Of a DNA stretch of 64,000 nucleotides, positions 17,153 through 26,370 are shown piece by piece (the stretch's first letter is position 1; every line of letters begins with the position of its first letter). The notes beneath the pieces were generated by a model, which did not search any database, had not been told where the DNA came from, and was given only the letters and a program-made list of their open reading frames with translations. Made by a program: the position numbers and the translations under genes. Origin of the DNA: Verrucomicrobiota bacterium (GTDB lineage Bacteria > Verrucomicrobiota > Verrucomicrobiia > Limisphaerales > Palsa-1400); contig JBEKYR010000003.1 of NCBI GenBank assembly GCA_049510745.1, forward strand, positions 1-64,000, written 5' to 3'.

Positions 17153-18703
17153 TCAACTCAGTTGCACATAGGAGGAAAGGCCCTGCGCCCCGCCTTCCCT
17201 CCCGAAACCGCTCTCTTTGTAGCCGCCAAAGGGGCTGGCGGGATCGAATTTGTTGTAGCTGTTGGCCCAGACCACGCCCGCGCGCAACTGGCCAACCATC
17301 TTGAAAATCTTGCTGCCTTTGTCGGTCCAAACGCCGGCGCTTAATCCGTAAGGGGTGTTGTTGGCCCGTTCGAGGGCCTCCTCCGGCGTGCGGAAGGTCA
17401 TCACGCTCAAGACCGGCCCAAAAATCTCCTCGCGCGCGACGCGATGCGACATGGTGACGTTGGTCAGGAAGGTCGGCGGAAACCAATAGCCCCTGGCCGG
17501 CAGCGCGCAGGCGCTTTGCTCGACTTGCGCGCCTTCCTCCTCGCCGCTGCGCACCAACTCGCGGATTTTCTCCAGTTGCGCCCCGGAATTGATCGCGCCG
17601 ACGTCGGTGTTCTTGTCCAGCGGGTTGCCCACGCGCAAGGTCTGGATGCGGTCGCGCAATTTGCGGATGACGGCGGCAGCGACGCCTTCCTGAACGAACA
17701 GACGCGAGCCGGCGCAGCAGACGTGGCCCTGGTTGAAGTAGATGCCGGAGACGATGCCTTCGACCGCCTGGTCCACCGGAGCGTCCTCCAGGATGATGTT
17801 GGCCGCCTTGCCCCCCAGTTCGAGGGTCAGCTTCTTGCCCGTGCCCGCGCACACTTTGGCGATGATCTTGCCCACTTCGGTCGAGCCGGTGAAGGCAATC
17901 TTGTTGACATCGGGATGATGGTAGATCGCTTCGCCGGTGGCGGCGGGGCCGGTGACAATGTTGACGACGCCGCCCGGCAAGCCGGCTTCCTGGAAAATCC
18001 GGGCCAGGCGCAGGGCGGTGATGCTGGTGGTTTTGGAGGGCTTGAGGACGACGGTGTTGCCGCAGGCCAGGGCGGGGGCGATTTTCCACGCGGCCATGAG
18101 CAGGGGAAAGTTCCACGGGATGATCTGGCCCGCCACGCCGAGCGGCCGGGGCGTTTTGCCGGGGAAGGCATACTGGAGCTTGTCGGCCCAGCCGCCGTGA
18201 TAAAAGAAATGGGCGGCGACCATCGGCAGGTCGAAATCGCGGCTTTCCTTGATCGGCTTGCCGCCGTCCATGCTTTCCAGGACGGCCAGTTCGCGGGCCT
18301 TTTCCTGGACCAGGCGCGCCACGCGGAAGAGGTACTTGCCGCGGTCGCGGCCGGACATTTTGCTCCAGACCGTTTCGTAGGCGCGGCGGGCGGCTTGGAC
18401 GGCCCGGTCCACGTCTTCCGCGCCGGCCTGGGCGATTTCGCACAGCTTTTCTTCGGTGGCCGGGTTGATGGAATCGAAGTATTGGCCGGAACGCGGCGCG
18501 ACAAATTTGCCGTCAATAAACAATTCGTGGCGCGGATCGATCTTGACCGGCACGGTCTCCGGGGCGGGCGCGTACTCCCACCGCCCGCCAAAATGCAGGC
18601 GGCGCTGTTTGGCCGGCACGACGGGCTTGGCCTCGCGCAAGAAGGGAACCGGTTTGAGAACCGCGACGGCGGGGCGCGCTTTTTTCAAGGTCTTCGTTTT
18701 CAT
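17153..18703 (-). CDS. Aldehyde dehydrogenase (catalytic subunit, deoC-associated)
   Basis: Motifs IIPWNFP, FTGSTEVG, LELGGK, FNQGHVCCAGSR, EEIFGP and PFGGYKESGFGREGG. Confidence 0.95.
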   Translation of the reverse strand: MKTKTLKKARPAVAVLKPVPFLREAKPVVPAKQRRLHFGGRWEYAPAPETVPVKIDPRHELFIDGKFVAPRSGQYFDSINPATEEKLCEIAQAGAEDVDRAVQAARRAYETVWSKMSGRDRGKYLFRVARLVQEKARELAVLESMDGGKPIKESRDFDLPMVAAHFFYHGGWADKLQYAFPGKTPRPLGVAGQIIPWNFPLLMAAWKIAPALACGNTVVLKPSKTTSITALRLARIFQEAGLPGGVVNIVTGPAATGEAIYHHPDVNKIAFTGSTEVGKIIAKVCAGTGKKLTLELGGKAANIILEDAPVDQAVEGIVSGIYFNQGHVCCAGSRLFVQEGVAAAVIRKLRDRIQTLRVGNPLDKNTDVGAINSGAQLEKIRELVRSGEEEGAQVEQSACALPARGYWFPPTFLTNVTMSHRVAREEIFGPVLSVMTFRTPEEALERANNTPYGLSAGVWTDKGSKIFKMVGQLRAGVVWANSYNKFDPASPFGGYKESGFGREGGAQGLSSYVQLS

Positions 18704-18705
18704 CG

Positions 18706-19635
18706 TTAAGTGAGGGAGAAGTAGTCGGCGTTTTGGTAAGGGCCGTCCACGGTCTTGGCGATCTGCATCAGGACGTCGTTGAGCAGGGTGCTGGCGCCCA
18801 GCCGGAAGAGGTCCGGCGTCAGCCAGTCGTCGCCGAGGGTTTCCTTGACCATGACGAGGTAGGCCAGGGATTGCTTGGCGGTGCGAATGCCGCCGGCGGG
18901 TTTCATCCCGATGCGCACGCCGCTGGCCAGGAAATAGTCCCGGATGGCTTCGAGCATGACCAGCGTCACAGGGAGCGTGGCGGCGGGCTGGACCTTGCCG
19001 GTGGAGGTCTTGATAAAATCGGCGCCGGCCTCCATCGCGATCTGGCTGGCCAGTCGCACATTGTCGTAAGTGACCAATTCGCCGGTTTCCAAAATGACCT
19101 TGAGATGGGCCGCGCCGCACGCCTCTTTGACGGCCCCAATTTCGTCAAAGACTTTGCCGTGATCCCCGGCCAGAAACGCGCCCCGGTTGATCACCATGTC
19201 GATCTCATCGGCCCCGTCGCCGACCGCGCGCCGGGTTTCTTCGAGCCTGGTGCGCAACGGGTATTGGCCGCTCGGAAAACCGGTGGCCACCGAGGCGACA
19301 CGCACCGGCGACGATTGGCCGAGAAAGCGCCGTGCGTAACGCACCATGTTCGGATAGACGCAAACGGCGGCGCAGGAAGGGACTTCGTATTTCGGTTCGA
19401 TGGGCTGGAGGGCCTTGCGGCAGAGATAGGCCAGGCGGCCCGGCGTGTCTTTTCCCTCCAACGAGGTGAGGTCCATCATCGCCACGACCATTTTCAACCC
19501 GGCCAGCTTGGCGCTGGTTTTGATGCTGCGCCGGGTGAACGAGGCGGCCCGTTCTTCAATGGTCACCTGATCGACCGTCGGCACCGTCTCGCGCATTGAA
19601 TGAAAGCGCCGCGGCGTGTCGAGAGTTGGGTTCAT
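18706..19635 (-). CDS. deoC: Deoxyribose-phosphate aldolase
   Basis: Motifs AAVCVYP, GADEIDMV, LKVILETGEL, GADFIKTSTGK, GMKPAGGIR and FRLGAS. Confidence 0.95.
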   Translation of the reverse strand: MNPTLDTPRRFHSMRETVPTVDQVTIEERAASFTRRSIKTSAKLAGLKMVVAMMDLTSLEGKDTPGRLAYLCRKALQPIEPKYEVPSCAAVCVYPNMVRYARRFLGQSSPVRVASVATGFPSGQYPLRTRLEETRRAVGDGADEIDMVINRGAFLAGDHGKVFDEIGAVKEACGAAHLKVILETGELVTYDNVRLASQIAMEAGADFIKTSTGKVQPAATLPVTLVMLEAIRDYFLASGVRIGMKPAGGIRTAKQSLAYLVMVKETLGDDWLTPDLFRLGASTLLNDVLMQIAKTVDGPYQNADYFSLT

Positions 19636-19649
19636 GGCGATGAGTTGGT

Positions 19650-20525
19650 TTAAAAGCCGATGGGATGCCAGGCGGTTTTGAATTCGACCGTGTCGGCAAT
19701 CCAGTAGGCGTCCTCTCCGGCGGCGGTGAACCAATCTTCCGCCGAAAGCTTCCGCGCGGCGTAACGTTTGAGGTTGACGGCCGTGCCGCCCTGCAACGTC
19801 AGATGCGTCTCCGGCTCGGGGGCGGCGTTGACGATGGCGTTGATGTCCATGTGCCCGGCCAGGTGCGGCGCCAACTCGGCGCGCCTGCCGGTCAAAATGT
19901 TGATGACGCCCCCGGGAAGGTCGCTCGTGGCCAGGATTTCGGCGAAGGTCAGGGCCGGGAGCGGGAATTTCTCCGAGGCGAGGACGACGGCGCTGTTGCC
20001 GGTGAGAATGACCGGCGCGACCAGCGAAACCAGCGGGAGCAACGGCGGCTCGTCCGGCGCCACCACGGCGACGACCCCGGTGGGTTCCGGCGTGGTGAAA
20101 TTGAAGTGCGACGTGGCGACCGGGTTGACGGCCCCGAAAACCTGCGCGAATTTGTCCGTCCACCCCGCGAAATACACCAGCCGGTCGATGGCGAGATCGA
20201 CTTCCGCGCGGGCCTTGGCGGAGTCGGCGCCGGTGGAGCGCGAGATTTCCGCCGCCATGGCGCCGGCGCGGTTTTCGAGCATCTCGGCGGCGCGATAGAG
20301 GATTTGTCCGCGGAGATAGGCGGTTTTTTTGGCCCAACCCCCGGCGGCCGGCCGCGCGGCGGCGACGGCATCGCGAAGATCCTTGCGCGAGGCATGGCAG
20401 AAATTATCGAGCAGCAGTCCGGCGGGGTCGTGGGCCGGGAGCGAACGCCCGCTCTCGCTGCGGACGAAGTTGCCGCCGATGTAAAGCTTGTAAGTTTTGC
20501 GAATGTCCAGCCGCAATGCACTCAT
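19650..20525 (-). CDS. Short aldehyde dehydrogenase-family protein lacking the catalytic domain
   Basis: KTYKLYIGGNFVRSESGR, NAD-binding-like core DLPGGVINILTG, ends EFKTAWHPIG. No LELGG or catalytic Cys segment. Confidence 0.88.
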   Translation of the reverse strand: MSALRLDIRKTYKLYIGGNFVRSESGRSLPAHDPAGLLLDNFCHASRKDLRDAVAAARPAAGGWAKKTAYLRGQILYRAAEMLENRAGAMAAEISRSTGADSAKARAEVDLAIDRLVYFAGWTDKFAQVFGAVNPVATSHFNFTTPEPTGVVAVVAPDEPPLLPLVSLVAPVILTGNSAVVLASEKFPLPALTFAEILATSDLPGGVINILTGRRAELAPHLAGHMDINAIVNAAPEPETHLTLQGGTAVNLKRYAARKLSAEDWFTAAGEDAYWIADTVEFKTAWHPIGF

Positions 20526-20533
20526 GGTTTCAA

Positions 20534-20643
20534 TAATCCTAATCCTAACTCTTAATCCACCTCTTGCCCTTCCGCCTTCGCCAAAGCTATGGCGGACAGG
20601 CCGGGAAGACGATTAAGATTAGGAATAAGATTAAGATTAGGAA
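20534..20643. repeat. Hairpin of (GATTAR)n hexamer arms with a nested REP-like palindrome
   Basis: Left arm TAATCCTAATCCTAACTCTTAATC and right arm GATTAAGATTAGGAATAAGATTAAGATTAGGAA. The loop contains TCCGCCTTCGCCAAAGCTATGGCGGA. Confidence 0.75.
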
Positions 20644-20703
20644 ACAAAAACCGCAGCAAAAAAACGTCTTGCCCTAAGATGTGATCCCTTTCCCCTTCAC
20701 CGT

Positions 20704-23700
20704 TCACGGGCGCGTCTCTTTCCACGACTTGTCCGGAGTGGCCGGCGGAGGCGGAACAGTGACGGGTTCCTTTTTGATTTCCTCCCGGAGAAGATCGATG
20801 GCCTTTTTCAGTTGCGCATCTTCGCCCAGGTAAGTGGCGTGCGGAGGATTGTCCACGACGATGTCGGGGTCCACGCCGTGGCCTTCGATGAGCCATTTTC
20901 CTTCCGGCCCATAAACGCCGAATTCAGCCGCCGACGCGATGCCCTTGTCAACCAGCCAATTATCAAACGAGAGCCAGATCTCTCCGCCCCAGGTGCGCGT
21001 GCCGATCACTTTGCCCAGTCCGAGCCGCTTGAAGCCTTCGGTGAAGGCCTCGCCATCGGAGGCGGTTTGTTCATCGCACAAAACGACCACGTGCCCCCGA
21101 AAGGCGTATTGCATGTTCCAATAGGGCGAGCCGACCCGGCCCTGCCAATAAAACCAGGCCTTCCGCATGAGCCTTTCCAGAATCCAACTGTCAATGTTGC
21201 CGCCCCTGTTATGCCGCACATCCACGATCAGGCCCTTGCGTTGAAACACCGGGTAGTAATCACGCGCCCACTGCGCGATGTCCCGCCCGCCCATCGCCCG
21301 CAAATGCACATAGCCAAGCTCTCCCTTGCCAAGCTCCTCGACCCGCGTCCGCCTGGCATATTCCCATTCGTCGTAGCGCAAGTCGGCCTCCTCATCCGTC
21401 GTCATCGGTTTGACAACCACGTCGCGCGACGTGGCCGACGGCGGGGTCTTGATGCGCAACAATACCTGGCGCTGGGCCTGGTTGGCCAGAAGCGCCCCCA
21501 GATCCGGTTGCGATACCACGGCCACGCCGTTGATCATCTCCAGTATATCGCCCTCGTGAATGTCCACGCCCGGCCTGGCCAGCGGCGAGTTTCGTTCCGG
21601 GTAATCCGGGTCCGACGCGTAAATATGAGCGACACGGTAACCGCCAGCGGCCCGATCCCGGACCAGACGCGCCCCCAACGCCCCGACTTTGATTTTGTCC
21701 GCCGCCTGGCGTTCGTCCCCGCCGCGAACGAAGATGTGCAGGGCCGACAGCTCGCCTACCATCTCCGAGATGAGGTCGCTCAATTCCTCCCGGTCGGTGA
21801 CGCGGTCCACCAGCGGCAAATTCTTCCGCAGCACGGCCGGCCAGTCCACCCCGTGCATCTTCCGGTCGTAAAAGAAATCGCGCTCTAATCGCCACGCTTC
21901 GGTGAACATCTGGCGCCATTCCTTCCGCGGATTCAGCGGGAACGTCCAGTCGCTCAAGGGAACGTGCTTCTCCAGTTTCACCGGGGCGGAGGCGTCCGCG
22001 TCCAACACGTAGAAGTTGTCCTCCTTGCGCAGCAGGATCTTCTTCCGGTCGGCTGAGAGTTCGAAGCTCTTGACCTGTTCCGCCAGAGTCTTGAACTGTG
22101 GTTCTTTATTCGTGACCTCCAGCATCCGCAGCGTGACATTGGTCTGGCCTTCCAGTCCGGTGCCAGGCGACTGCAAGAAGAGCCGTCTTGAGCTCATCGC
22201 CAATCCGCGGTAATTACCCGTCGGGACGGGCACCGGCTCGACACGGGTTTGAATGCCGGGCAGATCAATCGTCACCACGGGCACGGCGTTCGTTTCGTCT
22301 CCCTTTTCTTTGGCGTCCTTCTTTTTCTCCTTCTCGGGGGGATGCAGTTCGTCTGGCGGCTCGAAGGGCGACCGTTGATCCTTGGCCAGGGCCACGTGAT
22401 ACAAGCCGACCGGCAAGTCAAAGAACGGTTCCGGTTGATGCGATCCCCAGGGCGAGGACACAGCCGACTCCAAATGGCGTTCGGACAGCAGATACATCCA
22501 TTTGCCATCCGGGCTCCAGACGGGGTTATAGCTGTTCACCCGGTCGCTGGTGAGCGCGGTTGCAGTACCGGTTTTGACCTCATAAAGCCAGATTTGCGCG
22601 TAGGTGTTGTCCGCCGCTCGCACGTACGCCAGCCATTGGCTGTCCGGTGACCAAGTCAGGTCAGAAAACTCGCCCATCTCAGAAGCGGCGACCCGCCGGC
22701 TCTTTTTTTCTTCCAGGTTCAAAATCCAAAGCTGCCAATCCTTGTCCCCATACGCCAACCATTTGCCATCCGGCGAAGCCACCCCATCGAACCGGAATAC
22801 TTTCCCGTCGGCGGTCAGTTGTTCGGGCTGGCCGACGCCGTTGGCGGGAATCCGGTAAAACTCCAGTTCGCCCGTGGCATCCGAGAGCGCGACCAGCGAT
22901 TTGCCATCCGGCATGAAGGACGCTCCGCGGAAGCGGACGCTGGCATCATGGGTGGCCTCCGCCAATCGTCCTTCCTCGGCCGGCGCCGTAAATACCTGGC
23001 CCCGCGCCGTCAAGACCAAACGGTCGCCGTCCGGCGACAGATGCGCCGTTGTCAAATAGTCCATTGGCTTCTGCACCCACTTTTCCCGCTCCTGATCCAG
23101 GTCGGTGGCCAGCGTAATGGGAATGAGCCGATCTGCCTTCGAGGCGATGTCCAACAGGCGCAAGTCCGCCCCGAGTTGATAAACGATGCGGCCTTCCGAC
23201 AGTGAGGGCGATTTCACGTCCCAGCTCTTATGCCGGGTCGCTTGCTGCAAATCCCCACCGGCGGCGCTCATCGACCATAGGTTCATCCAGCCGTCCCGGT
23301 CACTGACAAAATAAATGCGGCCTTGCCACCACATCGGCGCCTTGCTCGTGCCGGCGAAATCCTCCGTCAGCGGCACAGCTTCCGGCTCGCCGGCGGTGAA
23401 CTTCCACAAGTGCTGAATCGTCCCGCCCTGGTAACGCTTGGTGCTGCTGCCCTGAAACGGCAAGCGGACAAAGTAAAGGGTCTTCCCCGTCGGATCGAAG
23501 ACCCCCGCGCTCGCCTGGCTTAACGGCAGTACCGCCTGCTCGCCGCTCTTCAAATCGATCGTGGCCAGTTGTCGGTCGGGCAGGCCGGACAGGTGGGTGG
23601 TCGAGTACAGAACCTTTCCATCCGGCGTCCAACCCACGACTTCCGCCCCGCGCGCTCCAAAGGTCCGCCGGGTCGGCAGGCCGCCTTCCGCCGGCATCGT

Positions 23701-24015
23701 ATAGACCTCGGTGGGACCCTCGTATTCGGCTGAGAAGGCGAGCGTCTTCCCGTCCGGGGAAAAGGCGGCGTGCGACTCCGTCCCCAGATTGGAAGTCAGC
23801 CGTTGCGCCATGCCGCCCTGGACGCTCACCCGCCAGAGATCCCCTTCAGCGGTGAACACCACCGTATCGCCGTGGAGGGCCGGGAAACGGTAGTAACCCT
23901 GGGGCGCGCCGCCCTCTTCCTGGGCTGGCAGAGCGGGCGCCCAGAGCGCCGCGAGCGCCGCGCCCAAGCTCAGGCGGCGCAGGCAGAAGCGGGTTATTGC
24001 AAATGTTGGTTTCAT
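20704..24015 (-). CDS. Tricorn protease homolog (S41 family), secreted
   Basis: Signal peptide, YYRFPALHGDTVVFTAEGDLW and WSPD beta-propeller repeats, PDZ domain, GYVHLRAM, DVRHNRGG, TASDGE and GTRTWGG. Confidence 0.95.
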   Translation of the reverse strand: MKPTFAITRFCLRRLSLGAALAALWAPALPAQEEGGAPQGYYRFPALHGDTVVFTAEGDLWRVSVQGGMAQRLTSNLGTESHAAFSPDGKTLAFSAEYEGPTEVYTMPAEGGLPTRRTFGARGAEVVGWTPDGKVLYSTTHLSGLPDRQLATIDLKSGEQAVLPLSQASAGVFDPTGKTLYFVRLPFQGSSTKRYQGGTIQHLWKFTAGEPEAVPLTEDFAGTSKAPMWWQGRIYFVSDRDGWMNLWSMSAAGGDLQQATRHKSWDVKSPSLSEGRIVYQLGADLRLLDIASKADRLIPITLATDLDQEREKWVQKPMDYLTTAHLSPDGDRLVLTARGQVFTAPAEEGRLAEATHDASVRFRGASFMPDGKSLVALSDATGELEFYRIPANGVGQPEQLTADGKVFRFDGVASPDGKWLAYGDKDWQLWILNLEEKKSRRVAASEMGEFSDLTWSPDSQWLAYVRAADNTYAQIWLYEVKTGTATALTSDRVNSYNPVWSPDGKWMYLLSERHLESAVSSPWGSHQPEPFFDLPVGLYHVALAKDQRSPFEPPDELHPPEKEKKKDAKEKGDETNAVPVVTIDLPGIQTRVEPVPVPTGNYRGLAMSSRRLFLQSPGTGLEGQTNVTLRMLEVTNKEPQFKTLAEQVKSFELSADRKKILLRKEDNFYVLDADASAPVKLEKHVPLSDWTFPLNPRKEWRQMFTEAWRLERDFFYDRKMHGVDWPAVLRKNLPLVDRVTDREELSDLISEMVGELSALHIFVRGGDERQAADKIKVGALGARLVRDRAAGGYRVAHIYASDPDYPERNSPLARPGVDIHEGDILEMINGVAVVSQPDLGALLANQAQRQVLLRIKTPPSATSRDVVVKPMTTDEEADLRYDEWEYARRTRVEELGKGELGYVHLRAMGGRDIAQWARDYYPVFQRKGLIVDVRHNRGGNIDSWILERLMRKAWFYWQGRVGSPYWNMQYAFRGHVVVLCDEQTASDGEAFTEGFKRLGLGKVIGTRTWGGEIWLSFDNWLVDKGIASAAEFGVYGPEGKWLIEGHGVDPDIVVDNPPHATYLGEDAQLKKAIDLLREEIKKEPVTVPPPPATPDKSWKETRP

Positions 24016-24204
24016 GCCGGCCAATAGACCCCGCGCGAGCCGGATTTGCACGCGATTTTTTGGCCGGAGGGCCGGGAAAGTCCCGCAACCTCCCGCTCGC
24101 CGCAAGCTCAGGCGAACAAAGAAACAGTCAATAATCAGTTCCCGGCTTTTTCCCGCCGGAGAAACGGAGTGCTTTTGGGGCGGGGGTGTGGCAGGGATGG
24201 GGGC

Positions 24205-24573
24205 ATGGATGTGAAAAACCTTGGGGATGTGGCGGCGTTTGTCACGAAGGACGGATCGGAGATTCGTGAGTTGCTGGCGCATCGGAATTCGGCGATCCGC
24301 AATCAGAGCCTGGCGGAGGCGCGCCTGGCGCCCGGCGCGAGCACCCGGGAGCATTACCACCTCAAGACGGAGGAGATTTATTACATCACGCATGGGGCGG
24401 GACGAATTCGTATTGACTCGGAAGTCCGCGCGGTGGCCGGCGGAGATGCGATTGCGATTTTGCCGGGGCAGAGGCACAAGCTCTGGAACACGGGATCGGA
24501 GGTTTTGCGGCTGCTCTGCTGTTGCGCGCCGGGTTACGAGCATGAAGACACGGTGATTACCGACCGCGAGTGA
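24205..24573 (+). CDS. Cupin domain protein
   Basis: TKDGSEIREL, EHYHLKTEEIYYI and GDAIAILPGQRHKL cupin motifs. Confidence 0.9.
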   Translation: MDVKNLGDVAAFVTKDGSEIRELLAHRNSAIRNQSLAEARLAPGASTREHYHLKTEEIYYITHGAGRIRIDSEVRAVAGGDAIAILPGQRHKLWNTGSEVLRLLCCCAPGYEHEDTVITDRE

Positions 24574-24698
24574 CAGCGGAACCCATATGATCGGTCGGGA
24601 CGCGGTGCCCTGTCCACTGACGTCTCAGCCGCCGGCGGAACTCGTACCGCAGCAAGTTTCACCGTATTGGGCGCATCCCGGTTTTTGACAACCCTCTG

Positions 24699-24842
24699 GT
24701 TAATGAGAAATAATGGCTGGCCGCACTCAGGCGCAAAAGAATGACGAAGCCAAAACGACGCTGTTGGTCCATATTAGTCATTGAGTCATTTGCCCCGAAA
24801 GCATTCGGGGTTAGACATTGGAATTTCGTCATTCGTCATTTG
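24699..24842. repeat. Degenerate AATGAC/GTCATT short-repeat hairpin with nested CCCCGAA-AGCA-TTCGGGG palindrome
   Basis: GAATGACGAA at about 24739, multiple (T/C/A)GTCATT units from 24775 to 24841, and an 18-bp palindrome at 24793-24810. Confidence 0.6.
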
Positions 24843-24983
24843 CCCCGCTCGATTGAGGCTGGCGCTCCCGCGGCGTTGACGAGTGCTCAAGTAGTGAGAT
24901 GCGCCCTGCCGGAGAATTTCTTTCCCAATTTTCTTGAACCGCCTTCCCCCGCGGTTCAAAATACCGGTTTATTATCGGCGAAA

Positions 24984-26369
24984 ATGCAGACTGCCCAGCC
25001 AGTGAAAAAGCAGACCCCCCGGAAACCGCCGGCGGCGCGCATTGCCGGCGCGGCAGCCGTCGCGCCGGGCGCGGTCGTCGCGGAATTGGCCAAGCATATC
25101 CTGATCGATGGCTTCAAAGTGGTGGTCGATCTGGAAAAGAGCCGCGGGTCGAGACTGGTCGATGCGGCCACGGGAAAAAGCTTCGTTGATTTCTATTCGT
25201 TCTACGCCTCGATGCCGGTCGGGTTCAATCATCCCCACTTCGATTCCCCGGCGGTGCGGGCGGAGTTGCTGGCGGCGGCCAAGGTCAAGGTCGCCAGCGC
25301 GGATGTCTATTCGGTGGCTTACGCCACCTTTGTGCAAACCTTCGCGCGGGTCGCCGGCTTGCCGCCGCTGGAGCGTTACTTTTTCATCGACGGCGGCGCG
25401 CTGGCGGTGGAGAACGCGCTCAAGGCGGCCATGGACTGGAAGGTGCGCAAAAACCTGGCGGCCGGACGCGGCGAACGCGGCACGGAAATCCTCCATTTCG
25501 TCAGCGCGTTTCACGGGCGCACCGGCTACACCCTGAGCCTGACCAACACGGAACCCCGCAAGACCGATTTGTTCGCCAAGTTCCCGTGGCCGCGCGTGAG
25601 CAATCCCTTCCTCGATTTTTCACTGCCGGAGAACGAGCGTCTGCGCAACGTGCTGGAAAAGGAAAAGCAGGCGGAAGCCCAAATCCGGCGTTTCATTGCC
25701 GAGCGCGGCCCCGATCTGGCCGCCATCATCATCGAGCCGGTGCAGTGCGAAGGCGGGGACAATCATTTTCGCGGCGAATGGCTCCGCCTGCTGCGGCGCG
25801 TCTGCGATGAGAACGATCTTCTTTTGATTTTTGACGAGGTGCAAACCGGCATGGCGATGACCGGCAAGAACTGGTGTTGCCAGCATTTCGACGTGCTCCC
25901 GGACCTGCTCGTCTTCGGCAAGAAGGCGCAGGTCTGCGGCCTCATGGCCGGGCCGCGCCTGGATGAAGTCAAGGACAACGTCTTCCGCCTGCCCAGCCGC
26001 ATCAGTTCCACCTGGGGCGGCAATTTCTGCGATTTCGTCCGCTCCACTCATTTCCTCACGATCATCGAGCGGGAAAACCTGGCCGAAAACGCCCGCGCCC
26101 AAGGCGTGCGCCTGCTGGAGGAACTCCGGAAAATGTCCAAAAAATACCCGGCCCTGACCGCGGTGCGCGGGCGCGGCCTGCTGCTGGCCTTCGACCTGCC
26201 CAGCCGCGAATTGCGCGACCGCTTTTGGAGCGGCGCTTTTGAGCTCGGCCTCCTGGTTCTCCGCTGCGGCGAGCGCTCCATCCGTCTTCGCCCCGTGCTC
26301 GATCTCAAAGACGACAGCATCAACGATGCCCTGCGCGTTATGGATGCCGAATTCCGCCGCCTCTCCTGA
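24984..26369 (+). CDS. lat: L-lysine 6-transaminase (class III aminotransferase)
   Basis: Motifs FFIDGGALAVENALKAAMDWK, AFHGRTGY, IIEPVQCEGGD, IFDEVQTG, FGKK and RISSTWGG. Confidence 0.9.
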   Translation: MQTAQPVKKQTPRKPPAARIAGAAAVAPGAVVAELAKHILIDGFKVVVDLEKSRGSRLVDAATGKSFVDFYSFYASMPVGFNHPHFDSPAVRAELLAAAKVKVASADVYSVAYATFVQTFARVAGLPPLERYFFIDGGALAVENALKAAMDWKVRKNLAAGRGERGTEILHFVSAFHGRTGYTLSLTNTEPRKTDLFAKFPWPRVSNPFLDFSLPENERLRNVLEKEKQAEAQIRRFIAERGPDLAAIIIEPVQCEGGDNHFRGEWLRLLRRVCDENDLLLIFDEVQTGMAMTGKNWCCQHFDVLPDLLVFGKKAQVCGLMAGPRLDEVKDNVFRLPSRISSTWGGNFCDFVRSTHFLTIIERENLAENARAQGVRLLEELRKMSKKYPALTAVRGRGLLLAFDLPSRELRDRFWSGAFELGLLVLRCGERSIRLRPVLDLKDDSINDALRVMDAEFRRLS

Positions 26370-26370
26370 C

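Noticed and set aside
24016..24543. 176-aa N-terminal extension of the tricorn protease given by the ORF track
   Set aside because: It overlaps the cupin gene on the opposite strand, and the signal peptide starts at ATG 24015. Similar over-extensions were trimmed for deoC, the ALDHs, lat, FmdE, tolR, pgpA and the second permease.
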